DNA of 63,965 bases, counting the filler, from Globobulimina sp. (taxonomy: Eukaryota): assembly GCA_003354225.1 (NCBI GenBank). It is 57 parts of 57 records of this genome, joined end to end, with 100 filler letters (N's around TTAATTAATTAA, not from the genome) between each part and the next. Parts side by side here need not be neighbours in the genome. Positions count along the whole stretch, not along the records: positions 1 to 1,025 come from PIVH01025488.1; positions 1,126 to 2,150 come from PIVH01025489.1; positions 2,251 to 3,275 come from PIVH01025490.1; positions 3,376 to 4,400 come from PIVH01025491.1; positions 4,501 to 5,525 come from PIVH01025492.1; positions 5,626 to 6,650 come from PIVH01025493.1; positions 6,751 to 7,775 come from PIVH01025494.1; positions 7,876 to 8,900 come from PIVH01025495.1; 49 more parts are not named here. One strand, written 5' to 3'. Each line of letters opens with the position of its first letter. Position 1 is the first letter of the stretch. Under the pieces are notes generated by a model. The model made no database searches. It was not told the origin of the DNA and was given only the letters and a program-made list of their open reading frames with translations. Shown in pieces: positions 1 to 11,489 of this stretch. Position numbers and translations under genes: made by a program.

Positions 1-5
1 AAACA

Positions 6-782
6 GTGAATTGTCGCCGCTTTGAATGGAAAGAATTTGAAAATGGAAATGTAACTTTTTACAGAATTGCAAGGACAGATATACATAGAATGGAGAAAAA
101 AGAGCAAGAAAAGATGTTATGGACTGGGCGGCAAACGAGTCATATTGATATTGGAACGAGTTTATTTGATTTTGCTTTGATGAATGACAAAAACGTATTT
201 GATGAAACTAATTTGTGTCAATTTGAGTTTGCACAGAAATTGAGAATTGAAGAAACGTTAAGTGTTTCTGTTTGGGATGAAAAATATGCGGAAAGAGGCA
301 AAATTCAGTTACGATCTGTGAGTGAGATTGTGATTGAAGAAAATGGTGAAATAAATGCAGTTGGCTGTGGTCATAATGTGCCGTTAGGGACTGATGCGTA
401 TAGACACTATTCTGGCACTGAAACATTGGAGTTATTGTTTTATGGCAATGTTGTAAGTGATGGATATATGCCACCGGATGGTGTGGGAGGTGGTATCATT
501 GAATTGATTGCAAAGACTGTGACCAACAAAGGACATATTTGCTGTGATGGAAAAACTGGATTTTTCTCCAGTGGCGAAGGAGATGTAACCGGTGGATGTA
601 TTAAAATTGTTGCGAAAACATTTAAAAATTATGGTACAATAAGTGCAAATACGGATGGCTGCATTGCAATATATTGTGAAACATATGAATCAGAGGGAAT
701 AATAGAACCAGAACCGTATATTGATGATTCATATGTTTATGATGAAGATAAAATTAAATTTACACCAGTTTACGAAAAATAA
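6..782 (+). CDS. Hypothetical protein, 5'-partial, with Gly-rich GGxIxI repeats
   Basis: 258-aa ORF; GVGGGIIELIAK and VTGGCIKIVAK repeats; no confident family. Confidence 0.6.
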   Translation: MNCRRFEWKEFENGNVTFYRIARTDIHRMEKKEQEKMLWTGRQTSHIDIGTSLFDFALMNDKNVFDETNLCQFEFAQKLRIEETLSVSVWDEKYAERGKIQLRSVSEIVIEENGEINAVGCGHNVPLGTDAYRHYSGTETLELLFYGNVVSDGYMPPDGVGGGIIELIAKTVTNKGHICCDGKTGFFSSGEGDVTGGCIKIVAKTFKNYGTISANTDGCIAIYCETYESEGIIEPEPYIDDSYVYDEDKIKFTPVYEK

Positions 783-983
783 TGAATTATTGAATTATTG
801 TTTGTTTTTTGTTAGAGGATGCATGTTGTATAGTTTTCACCATACAAAGAATGATATCGATTTTTCAGTGATACAACATATCTTTTGACTTCAATGCAGT
901 AAATGGACAGTTGACTTTTTAGGCTTAAACTTCTAAACACTTCGTTTGTGATTGGCAAGGTTTTTGGGTTAGCTAGAGTGGTT

Positions 984-1021
984 TTCGAATCCTAGTATTC
1001 GAAGTTGACCTAGGATTCGAA
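984..1021. repeat. 12-bp perfect inverted repeat at contig end
   Basis: TTCGAATCCTAG (984-995) / CTAGGATTCGAA (1010-1021). Confidence 0.7.
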
Positions 1022-1025
1022 TCCA

Positions 1026-1125
1026 NNNNNNNNNNNNNNNNNNNNNNNNNNNNNNNNNNNNNNNNNNNNTTAATTAATTAANNNNNNNNNNNNNNNNNNN
1101 NNNNNNNNNNNNNNNNNNNNNNNNN
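1026..1125. other. Artificial contig spacer (44N-TTAATTAATTAA-44N); first of 56 identical spacers
   Basis: Identical 100-bp block every ~1124 bp; the palindromic core has stops in all six frames; contigs shrink 1025>1024>1023 bp. Confidence 0.99.
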
Positions 1126-1340
1126 GGATTTAAAACAAGAAGTTGATATTTTAAACAAATTAATTAACAAAAAAACTAAATTATAAATAATTTTTTTCAT
1201 ACAATTTAATGTGAAAAGTGTGTATCCATTATTTTGTTTGGTATGGAGTATGCCCGTTATTTGTTCTTTTTTTTGAATGCTCTGAATAAATGCTAGTGCA
1301 AGGATAAGAGTAGTCAGATGGCGGTTTTCTAGCTAGAATA

Positions 1341-2150
1341 ATGGCAGCACCAATAGAACATACAAGACCACCGCCAGGAGGATATGATTTAGAAATATTT
1401 GTAGATAAAGTTAAAATCGGTGAGTATATTTGTCAAATCTGTCATGACGTATCGCGTGATTGTGTAGAAGTGTCTTGTGGCAATGGACATATTTTCTGCC
1501 ATGATTGCATTCGATATAATTTCAAAATCAATGGTCATTCCTGTCCTGCAGACAGAACTAAAAATATTAGCATCACTGCAAATGATTTTGTACGACGAAA
1601 GATATTAGCTTCAAATGTAAAATGTAAATACCATACGTTTCGCTGTGAATGGATCGGTGCTTTGCGCCAATTTAAACATCATGTCTCTCATTGCAAATCC
1701 AAACCAATTAAAGTTAATATATATACACTCAATTGATTATATACTTAACTTGTATAAAATGTGTATAAATTTGTACAATAAACAGTGCAAATATTGCAAA
1801 GAGTCAGTATCATCACAACTGGTCAGCCAACATTATGAAGAATGCGACGAATATTTAGTTCGTTGTTCATGGTGTAACAATATGTATAGACGGAAAATAT
1901 TAAATGAACATATTAATTCATGTTATATGAAGCCAATCTTATGTCCAAATGGCTGCAATGAGACGGTGGTAAGTAATAAATTGGACAGACATTTAAATGA
2001 CGAATGTGCTCAAAGACTGGTTTATTGTTCATTTAATAAATATGGATGTAATCAAAGGCTTAAATCTAACGACATCAATAAACATGATTTAGATAATACA
2101 TTGCAATATATTCAATATCAAATGGCATGGATATTGCTGGAAAATGAAGC
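1341..2150 (+). CDS. RING + TRAF-type zinc-finger protein, 3'-partial, intron 1713-1785
   Basis: CQIC..CGNGHIFCHDC..CP RING; repeated CxxC..H..C fingers (CPNGC, CSFNKYGC); a GT..CAG intron joins ORFs 1341 and 1645 in frame. Confidence 0.85.
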
Positions 2151-2250
2151 NNNNNNNNNNNNNNNNNNNNNNNNNNNNNNNNNNNNNNNNNNNNTTAATT
2201 AATTAANNNNNNNNNNNNNNNNNNNNNNNNNNNNNNNNNNNNNNNNNNNN

Positions 2251-2574
2251 CTCTCCTGTATAACTTGTTAACTTTAAAGTTACATTATAATCACCAGCTT
2301 CCGGATAATAGATTTGGTAGGTTTTACTTTTATCAGAGGTGGTATCACCTTCACCATTCCCAAAATCCCAGATCAGCCAATAATAATCACCTTCAGATTG
2401 ATTTAAGAAAGAAACAGTATTGTCGTCTACAAATTCGAAGCTGAAGTCAGCTTTAATATCTGAACCATCATCATTTTTATCGCATCCCATAAAGGTTAGC
2501 AATGATGAGAATAATATGATAGTTAATAATCTAATTACTATCTTTGAATTTATTGCTTTTTCTTGATTTATCAT
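2251..2574 (-). CDS. Bacterial PKD-domain lipoprotein, 3'-partial (Bacteroidetes-like)
   Basis: Signal peptide with lipobox TFMG-C; ADFSF..VSFLNQS..WDFGNG..YPEAGDYNVTL PKD signature. Confidence 0.85.
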
Positions 2575-2780
2575 TTGCTCAATCTTTTCCCTTTTTTTGA
2601 AAATGCTATGAAATGCTTCATTAAACCCAACTATTGATGCTTTTGATATTAACCACATACAAAGAAATAATAATAGGTCTGTAGTTATTAGAAATTCATC
2701 ACATCAAAAACTCATCATTAATAAAATATAAGCACATCAAAAACACTGTTAATTTTTGTATACTGTTGTTTTTATGCAAT

Positions 2781-2818
2781 TTCCATATATTCACAACTCG
2801 CATTGTGAATATATGGAA
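2781..2818. terminator. 16-bp perfect intergenic stem-loop (RNA stabiliser or atypical terminator)
   Basis: TTCCATATATTCACAA-CTCGCA-TTGTGAATATATGGAA, 11 nt after the stop of the minus-strand gene; no U-tract on the coding strand. Confidence 0.6.
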
Positions 2819-2829
2819 CACATACCACT

Positions 2830-3275
2830 CTATTTTTGTTCAGGTTTAACGCTAGTGAAGATGTGATACCATGCAGCTGATTCATCCTCTTCTATTCTAA
2901 CCCTTAGTATGGTTTCTGATATCTCAATAATATCATAATCACTGGTACCTACCCACCAACACATAAAGCCTCCGTCAGAAATTTTGATTGATGTTCCTCT
3001 ATATCCTCCATCAATCGATGCTTTGGTTGTAGAGGGAGCAAATGATGCATTCTTAACCCCATACAGCGCTGGAGCTACATCTTCACCATGACAAACATCG
3101 CCTTCTACTCCAATCTTTGCTGCATATGTACCTGGAATAAATGCAGGGCCGGTTGTTTGTTCATATGTAAATGTATTTCCGGTTTTTGTAAATACTAATT
3201 CCGCAGAATACATACATGATTTATCAGGGTCGAATGGACCTATTTGCCACCAGTTTGGCCATGTATAATCAAGAG
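2830..3275 (-). CDS. Bacteroidetes-type surface glycan-binding/PKD-associated protein, 5'-partial
   Basis: C-terminus SDGGFMCWWVGTSDYDIIEISETILRVR..WYHIFTS resembles polysaccharide-utilisation-locus surface proteins; co-oriented with the PKD lipoprotein. Confidence 0.55.
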
Positions 3276-3432
3276 NNNNNNNNNNNNNNNNNNNNNNNNN
3301 NNNNNNNNNNNNNNNNNNNTTAATTAATTAANNNNNNNNNNNNNNNNNNNNNNNNNNNNNNNNNNNNNNNNNNNNAAATTTCCAACAATTTATTATTGCC
3401 AACAACCGTTCCAACAAAGAAAAGATGGCGGG

Positions 3433-4400
3433 TTGCCTTTGAAACTCCAGAATTATCTCAATAAATTTCAACAAAATGGAACCAATAACAATATCCGTGC
3501 ATCGCAACTAATTAACGGTCTGTTGCAACTTAACAAGAACAACAATTCAACAAATCCGACATATCAAACTGCCAGCAACGAAGCAGTCAATTTTGTGTTT
3601 GCATTTTGTGATAATATCGATTCACCAAAAGATAATATTTTAATCAACTCACTGTTACATTTGTGTTATGACTTTAACAGCCATGGAAAATGTCTTCTGC
3701 TTTGGAATGAAATAAGAATATTACACTTATTACGACAAAACATATCATATTCAGTGCTGCTTAAATGTATGATTGAGTTAAATCAAACAGATAAATGTAT
3801 TCAAGTGTTGGCATGGATGCAATCCTCGGAATACAAACTCAAAATTCATGACTGTTTCGTGACAAAATTAATTTCAAACTGCAATGATGTTAAACAATTG
3901 CAATATATCCATTCCTTAATCGACCAAAACATTATCAAAAATGCCACCAAATTTATCAAAACACAAATGATTTTATCATACTCCAAGTTTAGAGATATTA
4001 ATAATGCATTAAATATATTCAATTCCATTCCAAATGACAAGAAAGACATTGTATCCGTTGGTGCCATGTTAACTGCTCTCATTGATACTGATTGCAACCA
4101 TGAAGCCATACAATTATACGACGACATTGAATCATTTAATAACGGCTCGTTGCGGCGAGACAATATATGCCATAACTTATGCATCAAAGCTTGCGGAAAT
4201 ATTGGCAATTTAGAGAAAGGCAAAGCAATTTATACTGAGATTGATGAATTCAGTGAGGACAACATACAAATTCAAAATTCGTTCATTGATTTTTTTGGTG
4301 ATTGCTTTGAAATTGAAGCCGCTATGAATGTCTTTAATAGAATGGATGATAAACATAAAGACATTGTGAGTTATGGAGCTTTGATGAAAGCGTTAATCAG
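3433..4400 (+). CDS. Pentatricopeptide-repeat protein, PLS-like, partial
   Basis: Repeats TQMILSYSKF..ALNIFNSIP..KDIVSVGAML and NSFIDFFGDC..AMNVFNRM..KDIVSYGALM. Confidence 0.8.
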
Positions 4401-4501
4401 NNNNNNNNNNNNNNNNNNNNNNNNNNNNNNNNNNNNNNNNNNNNTTAATTAATTAANNNNNNNNNNNNNNNNNNNNNNNNNNNNNNNNNNNNNNNNNNNN
4501 A

Positions 4502-5153
4502 CTAAGATATAAATATAAACACTTCGATGCGAATACAAAATTCCTTTTGGATCACCCCAAGTTCCCGAAGTGTATTAAAAACTCAATGCCGTTGCACTCC
4601 TCTCATCTAAATGGGGAAATTTATAATTTGCAGAAAGTGGATATGATGATAATAAAGCATCAAAATCAATAATTTCTATATTATTGTACATGTTCGATAA
4701 CTGCTTCATATTTTTACCACAAATAATGACTGAATGTACTCCACTTTGTTGCAGCGTCAACGGTGGGATTTTCATAAATAAATTAATTAATTCTTGATCG
4801 ATAAATATTATTTTGTCTCGAGATTTTTTCATTATAAACGGTGTTTTATTTGGATTTAGTTTGTAATTTAATGGATGTATAATACCGCCCATCGAAGGAA
4901 TTGCATGACATAGCATATAATGCCGATAATTGCTTGTCATAAATGTTCCAATACAATCACCAATTTTGATGTTTATGGATACAGATAAAGCTGATGCAAT
5001 TTGTACTGCGTGCTTTTGTAGAATTTTATATGTAGTGCGGTGACATCCATTTTCTATTTTTGTTACAATCTCTTGATTTGCATTATTTCGGACTCCATAC
5101 TCCAGTAAGTGTCTAACATTCAGTTGATCGCGATGTAACAGTGCCTGCCTCAT
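4502..5153 (-). pseudogene. Acyl-CoA ligase (AMP-binding, AlkK/DmdB/long-chain FACS-like) with in-frame TAA at 4575-4577
   Basis: LLEYG..EIVT..HRTTY, MGGIIHPLN; the frame continues past the stop as [18 protein letters not shown] (AMP-binding loop). Confidence 0.7.
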
Positions 5154-5625
5154 GTGAAAATGCCAATTTTTATATACAATCAAAGCTATGGCAAATCAAC
5201 GTTGTTCAGTCGAAAATCTTCTTATTTTTACTCTGTATGTTCAGTGCCAGCTTAAGAAAATACACTATTTGCATTGATATTATTTCGATTTACAGAACCC
5301 TCATATTTAGCACCGGGCCACCATTAAATTTTTTTTTTTAAGTAAACACCAATAATCTGGCATCAAAGTACTGTAAATAGATTGCGAATACAACCTGAAA
5401 TAAATAGACAGATTGTGTATAAAATAAGTAAATCCACATAACACGGCTCTGGATAGTGTATATATTATTTATTTAAGTGATGCCGCATTCAAAAGTGCTA
5501 TAAAATATGCTATGAATTAGTATCTNNNNNNNNNNNNNNNNNNNNNNNNNNNNNNNNNNNNNNNNNNNNTTAATTAATTAANNNNNNNNNNNNNNNNNNN
5601 NNNNNNNNNNNNNNNNNNNNNNNNN

Positions 5626-6510
5626 TGATTAGTTGCCATTCTTTCCTGTGCAATTAGTACTTTCTCACGGCCATTAATGATAAAATAGCCGCCCTGATCA
5701 AAGGGACACTCACCAAAAGCAGTCACGTCCTGTTGTATGCCATCTCGATTGCTTTCACCATCGCCCCTTTCATATTCCTTTTGCTGCAACGACAATGTGC
5801 ATAACATCGAGCGTACCATAACCGGTATTTTACCCATATGTATTATAGCTTCGTCTGGTTGCTATTTATGTATTTATTTTATTTATTTTGCTGAATGTAC
5901 ATAACACATCATTCTACAACACAAAATTATACAACTTGTACTAAAATTTGTTATAACTCTCGTAACAAAGCATCAAAAGTGTATATGTGTATACCTTAAA
6001 TGGTTCTTCCTGTCGTGTTTCTTCATTCACTAAACTCACAGTCCGGACCACCTCAACCTGTGCCTCCGCGCAATACGTTAAATGCCGCAATCTGCAGGAA
6101 TGAGGAATTAGCGGTTCCTCCTGATTGGCACCTTCAATCTTGACAGGCGGAGTGATGTAAACCTGTCGGAATTGTATCTCACATTTCGTGCGCTTCTCAA
6201 TGCCATCCGCATCCATGGCCGGCTCCGATAATGCTACGATAGTTCGAGTGTCGTCTACGATCTCTTGAATAGTATTATTGATAAACTCATTGTAACTTTC
6301 AATTTGTTGACGAACCAAACCCTTTTCTTGGAAATATTGTCCAATCACAATCCATGAATCAGCAATTCCAATTTGGTTCGAATCGTCTATTTCTTGTTTG
6401 TGCTCTGTGGTATTATCATGAATGGCATCCATTTCTTCATCATTTAACGACATATCATCAATATCTTCATCAAATACTACATTTTGGTTTTGGTCCAGGT
6501 CTGCCATCAT
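5626..6510 (-). CDS. RPB2: RNA polymerase II second-largest subunit, N-terminal part, intron 5862-5994
   Basis: [60 protein letters not shown]; phase-0 GT..AG intron. Confidence 0.95.
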
Positions 6511-6750
6511 ATCGTTGCTGTGGTGGTTTATATGCGCATTTTCAAATAATTCATTGATTTGTTCGACATTGTTTGTGTTGTTTGTATTGGCATATTTTGA
6601 ATATGATGTATCGACACCAGCAGCGCCGAAATCATCTTCGTCATCAATTGNNNNNNNNNNNNNNNNNNNNNNNNNNNNNNNNNNNNNNNNNNNNTTAATT
6701 AATTAANNNNNNNNNNNNNNNNNNNNNNNNNNNNNNNNNNNNNNNNNNNN

Positions 6751-7710
6751 AGGGTTAAAGCTGCAATTACCGGATGCTGTAAGGTTCGCAAAACTGCCCA
6801 GTCCATTATCTTGTTCGGTCCAGGGAGGTGATAATGAGCCAGACAAGGCATCAGCCCATATTACAGTGCCAGAAGCTTCTGTTGGCGCTATATATATATA
6901 TTATGTTGTATATGTTACAGATGTTTTTGGAGATATACGATGGAGTGCTTCAGTCGAAAGAAACGCACAATAAATGCGAGCGCAGAGAGTCCGTATACAC
7001 TCTACATTTACATACAGGACAAGGTGTACGCGTCTCTAAAATTTAGTATCTGAACCAATCTACATGGAAAGTACATGGAATAAAATAGACAAATACCTAT
7101 TGTCGGTACGGGGATAGGGATAGGGCTTAATGTCGGTGCTAAATATATTTTTATATATAGAATTATGTTGCTACGTTTTTGGAGTTTGCGTAGAGAGAAA
7201 CGCACCAAATGTTGTCCCGATTAATGTAGGCGAAATCAAGGGACGTCCACTGATAATTAATTGTGAGAAAAAACATGAAAATGCAAGATTGGAAGTATTG
7301 GATCTCGCTTGTAATTTAACTGTCACTCCGTTCAAACTATGGTCGGCTACGGGCGATAATGAGAAAGTAAAAAATTCAGGAAGTGTCGCGAAAGGGCCAC
7401 CGGATTCAGACACTAAAAATCTGCAAAAATCTCCCGCGTTTTTTTGGTCGGATGATGTTGTGAAATTTAATGATATATTGGAATAACCGGTGGTGCCAAA
7501 TACTTTTTCTGTGTCTGAATGCGCCTTCAATTCAATACACCCAATACCTGGTGCTGGACATAGTGGATTTGTTCCATTGCGTGCAAATATGCCTGGTCCT
7601 GATGTTATATTATTTATCCATCCAACAGGATTATCTAAATTGTCCAACACCAGTAGGTCTGCAAATACATATGGTATAAACACAGATAATAGCAATAAAA
7701 TAGAGTGCAT
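6751..7710 (-). CDS. Secreted multi-exon protein with Pro/Thr-rich linkers, 3'-partial
   Basis: Signal peptide MHSILLLLSVFIPYVFA; later exons APTLSPIPIPVPT and APTEASGTVIWADAL follow AG acceptors; exact splicing unresolved. Confidence 0.55.
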
Positions 7711-7933
7711 TTTTGTTTTCGTTTCGGTTCAGTTGGAGAGCATTCAATATGTTCGTTATCTCAGCTTCACTTTCTNNNNNNNNNNNNNNNNNNNNNNNNN
7801 NNNNNNNNNNNNNNNNNNNTTAATTAATTAANNNNNNNNNNNNNNNNNNNNNNNNNNNNNNNNNNNNNNNNNNNNATCATCACATTAGCAAAAAACAGAA
7901 AAAATAGGCAATATAAAATCAGCAATACAATAT

Positions 7934-7977
7934 ATTGTAGAATTTGTTGACCTTACATTGTAGAATTTGTTGACCTT
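7934..7977. repeat. Short direct tandem duplication
   Basis: ATTGTAGAATTTGTTGACCTT occurs twice back to back. Confidence 0.7.
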
Positions 7978-8070
7978 GTATTCCCAGTACTGCATTCCCT
8001 ATTTTTTTACGCTTATATTTCCTATTTTGTTTGCAATTATCTTGCCACTCTCTATACTGCCTATATTATA

Positions 8071-8610
8071 TTGTGTGTAATTAAAAATATATTGCCTCTT
8101 TATGAATCCAATGTATTAAATGGCGGAGAATGCATTGAAATGAATGATGATGAAAGTGGAGAAAGTGAATGTGTTAAAATTGAAAGAAGGCAAACAACCA
8201 ATAAAAAGAGGTTGAAAGTAATGATGAGGAAAAGGAGAGAAAGAGAGAAATTATTTGGTAAAAAACGGAAGAAAATAAAAAGAAAAAAAGCAAAAATACG
8301 TAGAAAATGTAAGGTAAAGCGTAAGCAGACAAGGATTGCGCTTTGCAATACGACAAAATTGCAGATTGTGAGGCATTATTTGAGAGAAAAAAGAAGAAAT
8401 AGAAATTATAATGCAACAAAATGTAAATTATATTTCTTGAATGATAAAAGTATTGAATGCGGAGCAATTGCTAATATTACAAAATGGTCAAGAAATATTA
8501 ATAAAATTAAACAAAATATTAAACGTTTTGGTAAAAATAAAAAAAGGAACAGGAACAAACCACGTGGAAAGACAAAAAATGGTTTAATCATAATGAAAAA
8601 TAAAAAATAA
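8071..8610 (+). CDS. Lys/Arg-rich hypothetical protein, possibly a pogo/CENP-B-like N-terminal HTH remnant
   Basis: TTKLQIVRHY..ANITKW spacing followed by a basic KKRNR..GK linker; weak. Confidence 0.3.
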   Translation: MCVIKNILPLYESNVLNGGECIEMNDDESGESECVKIERRQTTNKKRLKVMMRKRREREKLFGKKRKKIKRKKAKIRRKCKVKRKQTRIALCNTTKLQIVRHYLREKRRNRNYNATKCKLYFLNDKSIECGAIANITKWSRNINKIKQNIKRFGKNKKRNRNKPRGKTKNGLIIMKNKK

Positions 8611-9188
8611 TTTTATAGCATAATCGTAATTATTATTTTTATTGTCGCAAATATAAGTGTTTACAAATTATTTCTTATTTTTGTTGTTATTTTCTTCTAT
8701 ATTGTGTAAAAACAAATTGTGTTATAAATTTTCACTATTTCTCACTGAAAATTAAATGATTATAAAGCTTGAGTTATGAACGAAAACTCTGAGTGAAAAT
8801 GTTTTTTTCTAACTTCCATCAGTAAGATTTGAAATGATAACAGTATATACAGAAAATACTCATTTATCAGTGTCAAATATACAGTATATGATCACATTAC
8901 NNNNNNNNNNNNNNNNNNNNNNNNNNNNNNNNNNNNNNNNNNNNTTAATTAATTAANNNNNNNNNNNNNNNNNNNNNNNNNNNNNNNNNNNNNNNNNNNN
9001 TATGATACGTGAATTGTTGTATAAGTTTAACCAAAATTGTGCAATTTATACCGCCAGTCAGATTGTTATTAATTGAATGACAGCTGCTAATTTTGATTAG
9101 TTTTTTTCTCACGGCGATTGTCGGCGAAGTAACTTAGTAACTATCATCAAACATTTTTGTTCTTTTTTATCATCCTTTCGGAGCTAGC

Positions 9189-9989
9189 ATGTTCGAGGCA
9201 ATTGAATGTAACATTCGCAAGATAATATCACATTGTTTGCATGAGTTGTTATTAAATAAAAAGAAAGTCCCATCACATTGCATGAAACCAACGCAAATTA
9301 CTGGCTTTTTTCCAGATGAAATTAAGGCAAATATCGAAAGCGATGATATTACGCAAAAGTTCTCGGCGGGATGGCAGATTTGTAATAATTTGATAAATTG
9401 TTATTTTGGACTTGAAGTGATCTGCAAAACGGATGCTACAAAATCATGGATTGTGAATATCCTCAATAAAAATCAGCAAAATGGACTATTTATTCAACCA
9501 ACAGAAATTGCAAATGGATTTATTGTAAAAAACATCAAATCGGAATGGAATACTTTTAATACAAACAATAATAAGGGGATAATTTGTAGATTTAATGCAG
9601 TGAATAAATGGAACGAGTTTGTGATAGTTCCTTTTGTTAAATGCACACATTTTAATTTTAATATTTTAAATAATAATTTCAATGAAATGTACGAAAATAA
9701 AAAAATAAAAAAATACGATGACTGGTATCACCAACAATATCTGGAGTATTATGAATATGATACAATTGATAGAAAGAAGAATATTTTAGAACCAATTTAC
9801 GAAAATAATAATCAACAATATGGTGTCCGATACGATGAAGATATTGATTTGCGGATTAATCAGAAAGAAAATATCAAAACTATTGAAGATAAAACAAGGA
9901 AACGAAGATTTCAAAATTTAAATAAAATGGACACAGAATATTGTAACCCAAGTAGACCTTTGGAATTTATCCGGTCGAATTCGCCTTGA
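9189..9989 (+). CDS. Hypothetical protein
   Basis: 266-aa ORF in AT-rich DNA; no recognisable motif. Confidence 0.5.
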   Translation: MFEAIECNIRKIISHCLHELLLNKKKVPSHCMKPTQITGFFPDEIKANIESDDITQKFSAGWQICNNLINCYFGLEVICKTDATKSWIVNILNKNQQNGLFIQPTEIANGFIVKNIKSEWNTFNTNNNKGIICRFNAVNKWNEFVIVPFVKCTHFNFNILNNNFNEMYENKKIKKYDDWYHQQYLEYYEYDTIDRKKNILEPIYENNNQQYGVRYDEDIDLRINQKENIKTIEDKTRKRRFQNLNKMDTEYCNPSRPLEFIRSNSP

Positions 9990-10712
9990 GTTCGAGTGCT
10001 TGGAACCTATGGTGGAGTATATATGNNNNNNNNNNNNNNNNNNNNNNNNNNNNNNNNNNNNNNNNNNNNTTAATTAATTAANNNNNNNNNNNNNNNNNNN
10101 NNNNNNNNNNNNNNNNNNNNNNNNNAAATGCTGATAAAATTAAAACGTATCCAAACTTTTATGTAAAAATTATTGATTTTTATGTCGAATCGTTTCAAAT
10201 TGAATGTAAAATGATTACACAAATAATTAGATTTATAACAGGTATACTGAAAATATTTTTGCTGAAAATATTTTTGTTGTGTTGAAAGAACACCACTATT
10301 TAGTAACTATTTCAATACAAAAACGAAAATGGGTAACTATTTAGACGACTATTTAACTTGTGTATAGGAAGCGGATCGACCAGTTTGATTGGAAAATTCA
10401 ACCTTTTGAGTTATATATAAAAATACTATAATTAGTAATATTTTTTTTGAACATACACCAAACAAAAAGTATCAAAAAAAAACACGTCAAACGTACAAAA
10501 AAAGAAAATATAAAACTAAGAAAAAAAAAGTTATAAAACTCATTATTTGCTTTAAAGCTATAAAAAATAATTATTTTTAACAAATGAGAGGAATAAAAAA
10601 TAAAGTTATACATAATGAGAGCAATAAATTTTTTATATGTATAGGATAGTATTAGTATAGGATAGGTTAATTACTATTGATTTACATAATTTTTTGAAAA
10701 AAAACAATTAAT

Positions 10713-11150
10713 TTACTTCACAGTTAATAGTGGCATATATTCATTAACTTCTACATCGACATCAGTAGCCACTGTATTAATATTCGCCAATTTAATATTA
10801 CGCCAATTATATGCCCATAACATGGCAACTACCATTAACGCAATGGATATTAAACCAATCACAGCAAAACCCATTTGTTTGGTACCTGCATAACTATGTG
10901 TTTTTACTTTGGTATCTTTCGCAGAAACTGCTTCATTTTGACACTCTGGGTTGATTTCACCATAATTTGTCAAAATATATTATGTTTGCTGACAGCCAAT
11001 ATATCCAAAAATACATTCAATATTAATATTTGCAGATTCATCTTTATCGACAGTAACAGCGAATGTTTCATCATCATACAATTTAAATGCACAGACTTCC
11101 GGTGTCAAATTTGGTGCTGTCTCAATTTTATCATCTAAAAGAAGAGAAGG
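10713..11150 (-). pseudogene. C-terminus of single-pass membrane protein with in-frame TAA at 10980-10982
   Basis: Frame open from the contig end (..INIECIFGYIGCQQT*YILTNYGE..) to a TM helix and a YMPLL tail. Confidence 0.5.
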
Positions 11151-11489
11151 NNNNNNNNNNNNNNNNNNNNNNNNNNNNNNNNNNNNNNNNNNNNTTAATT
11201 AATTAANNNNNNNNNNNNNNNNNNNNNNNNNNNNNNNNNNNNNNNNNNNNAAAAAAAAATTTTCGGAGTTAAATTTCTGTCCTTAAGTGCATCATTTTTC
11301 TTCAAAATCTGTCCTTAAATATTTGAGTCAACTTATTGCAGCCTTGGACAGAAATAGGAATATTGTCACGCGACAAGTGTAACGTCACCATGTTACATAA
11401 CACTTCATGCTGACATGATGCATCGAAAATTGTTCTACAAACAAGAAAATGAAAAAACTCGAGTGTCTCCACTTTATTATTTCCAAACC

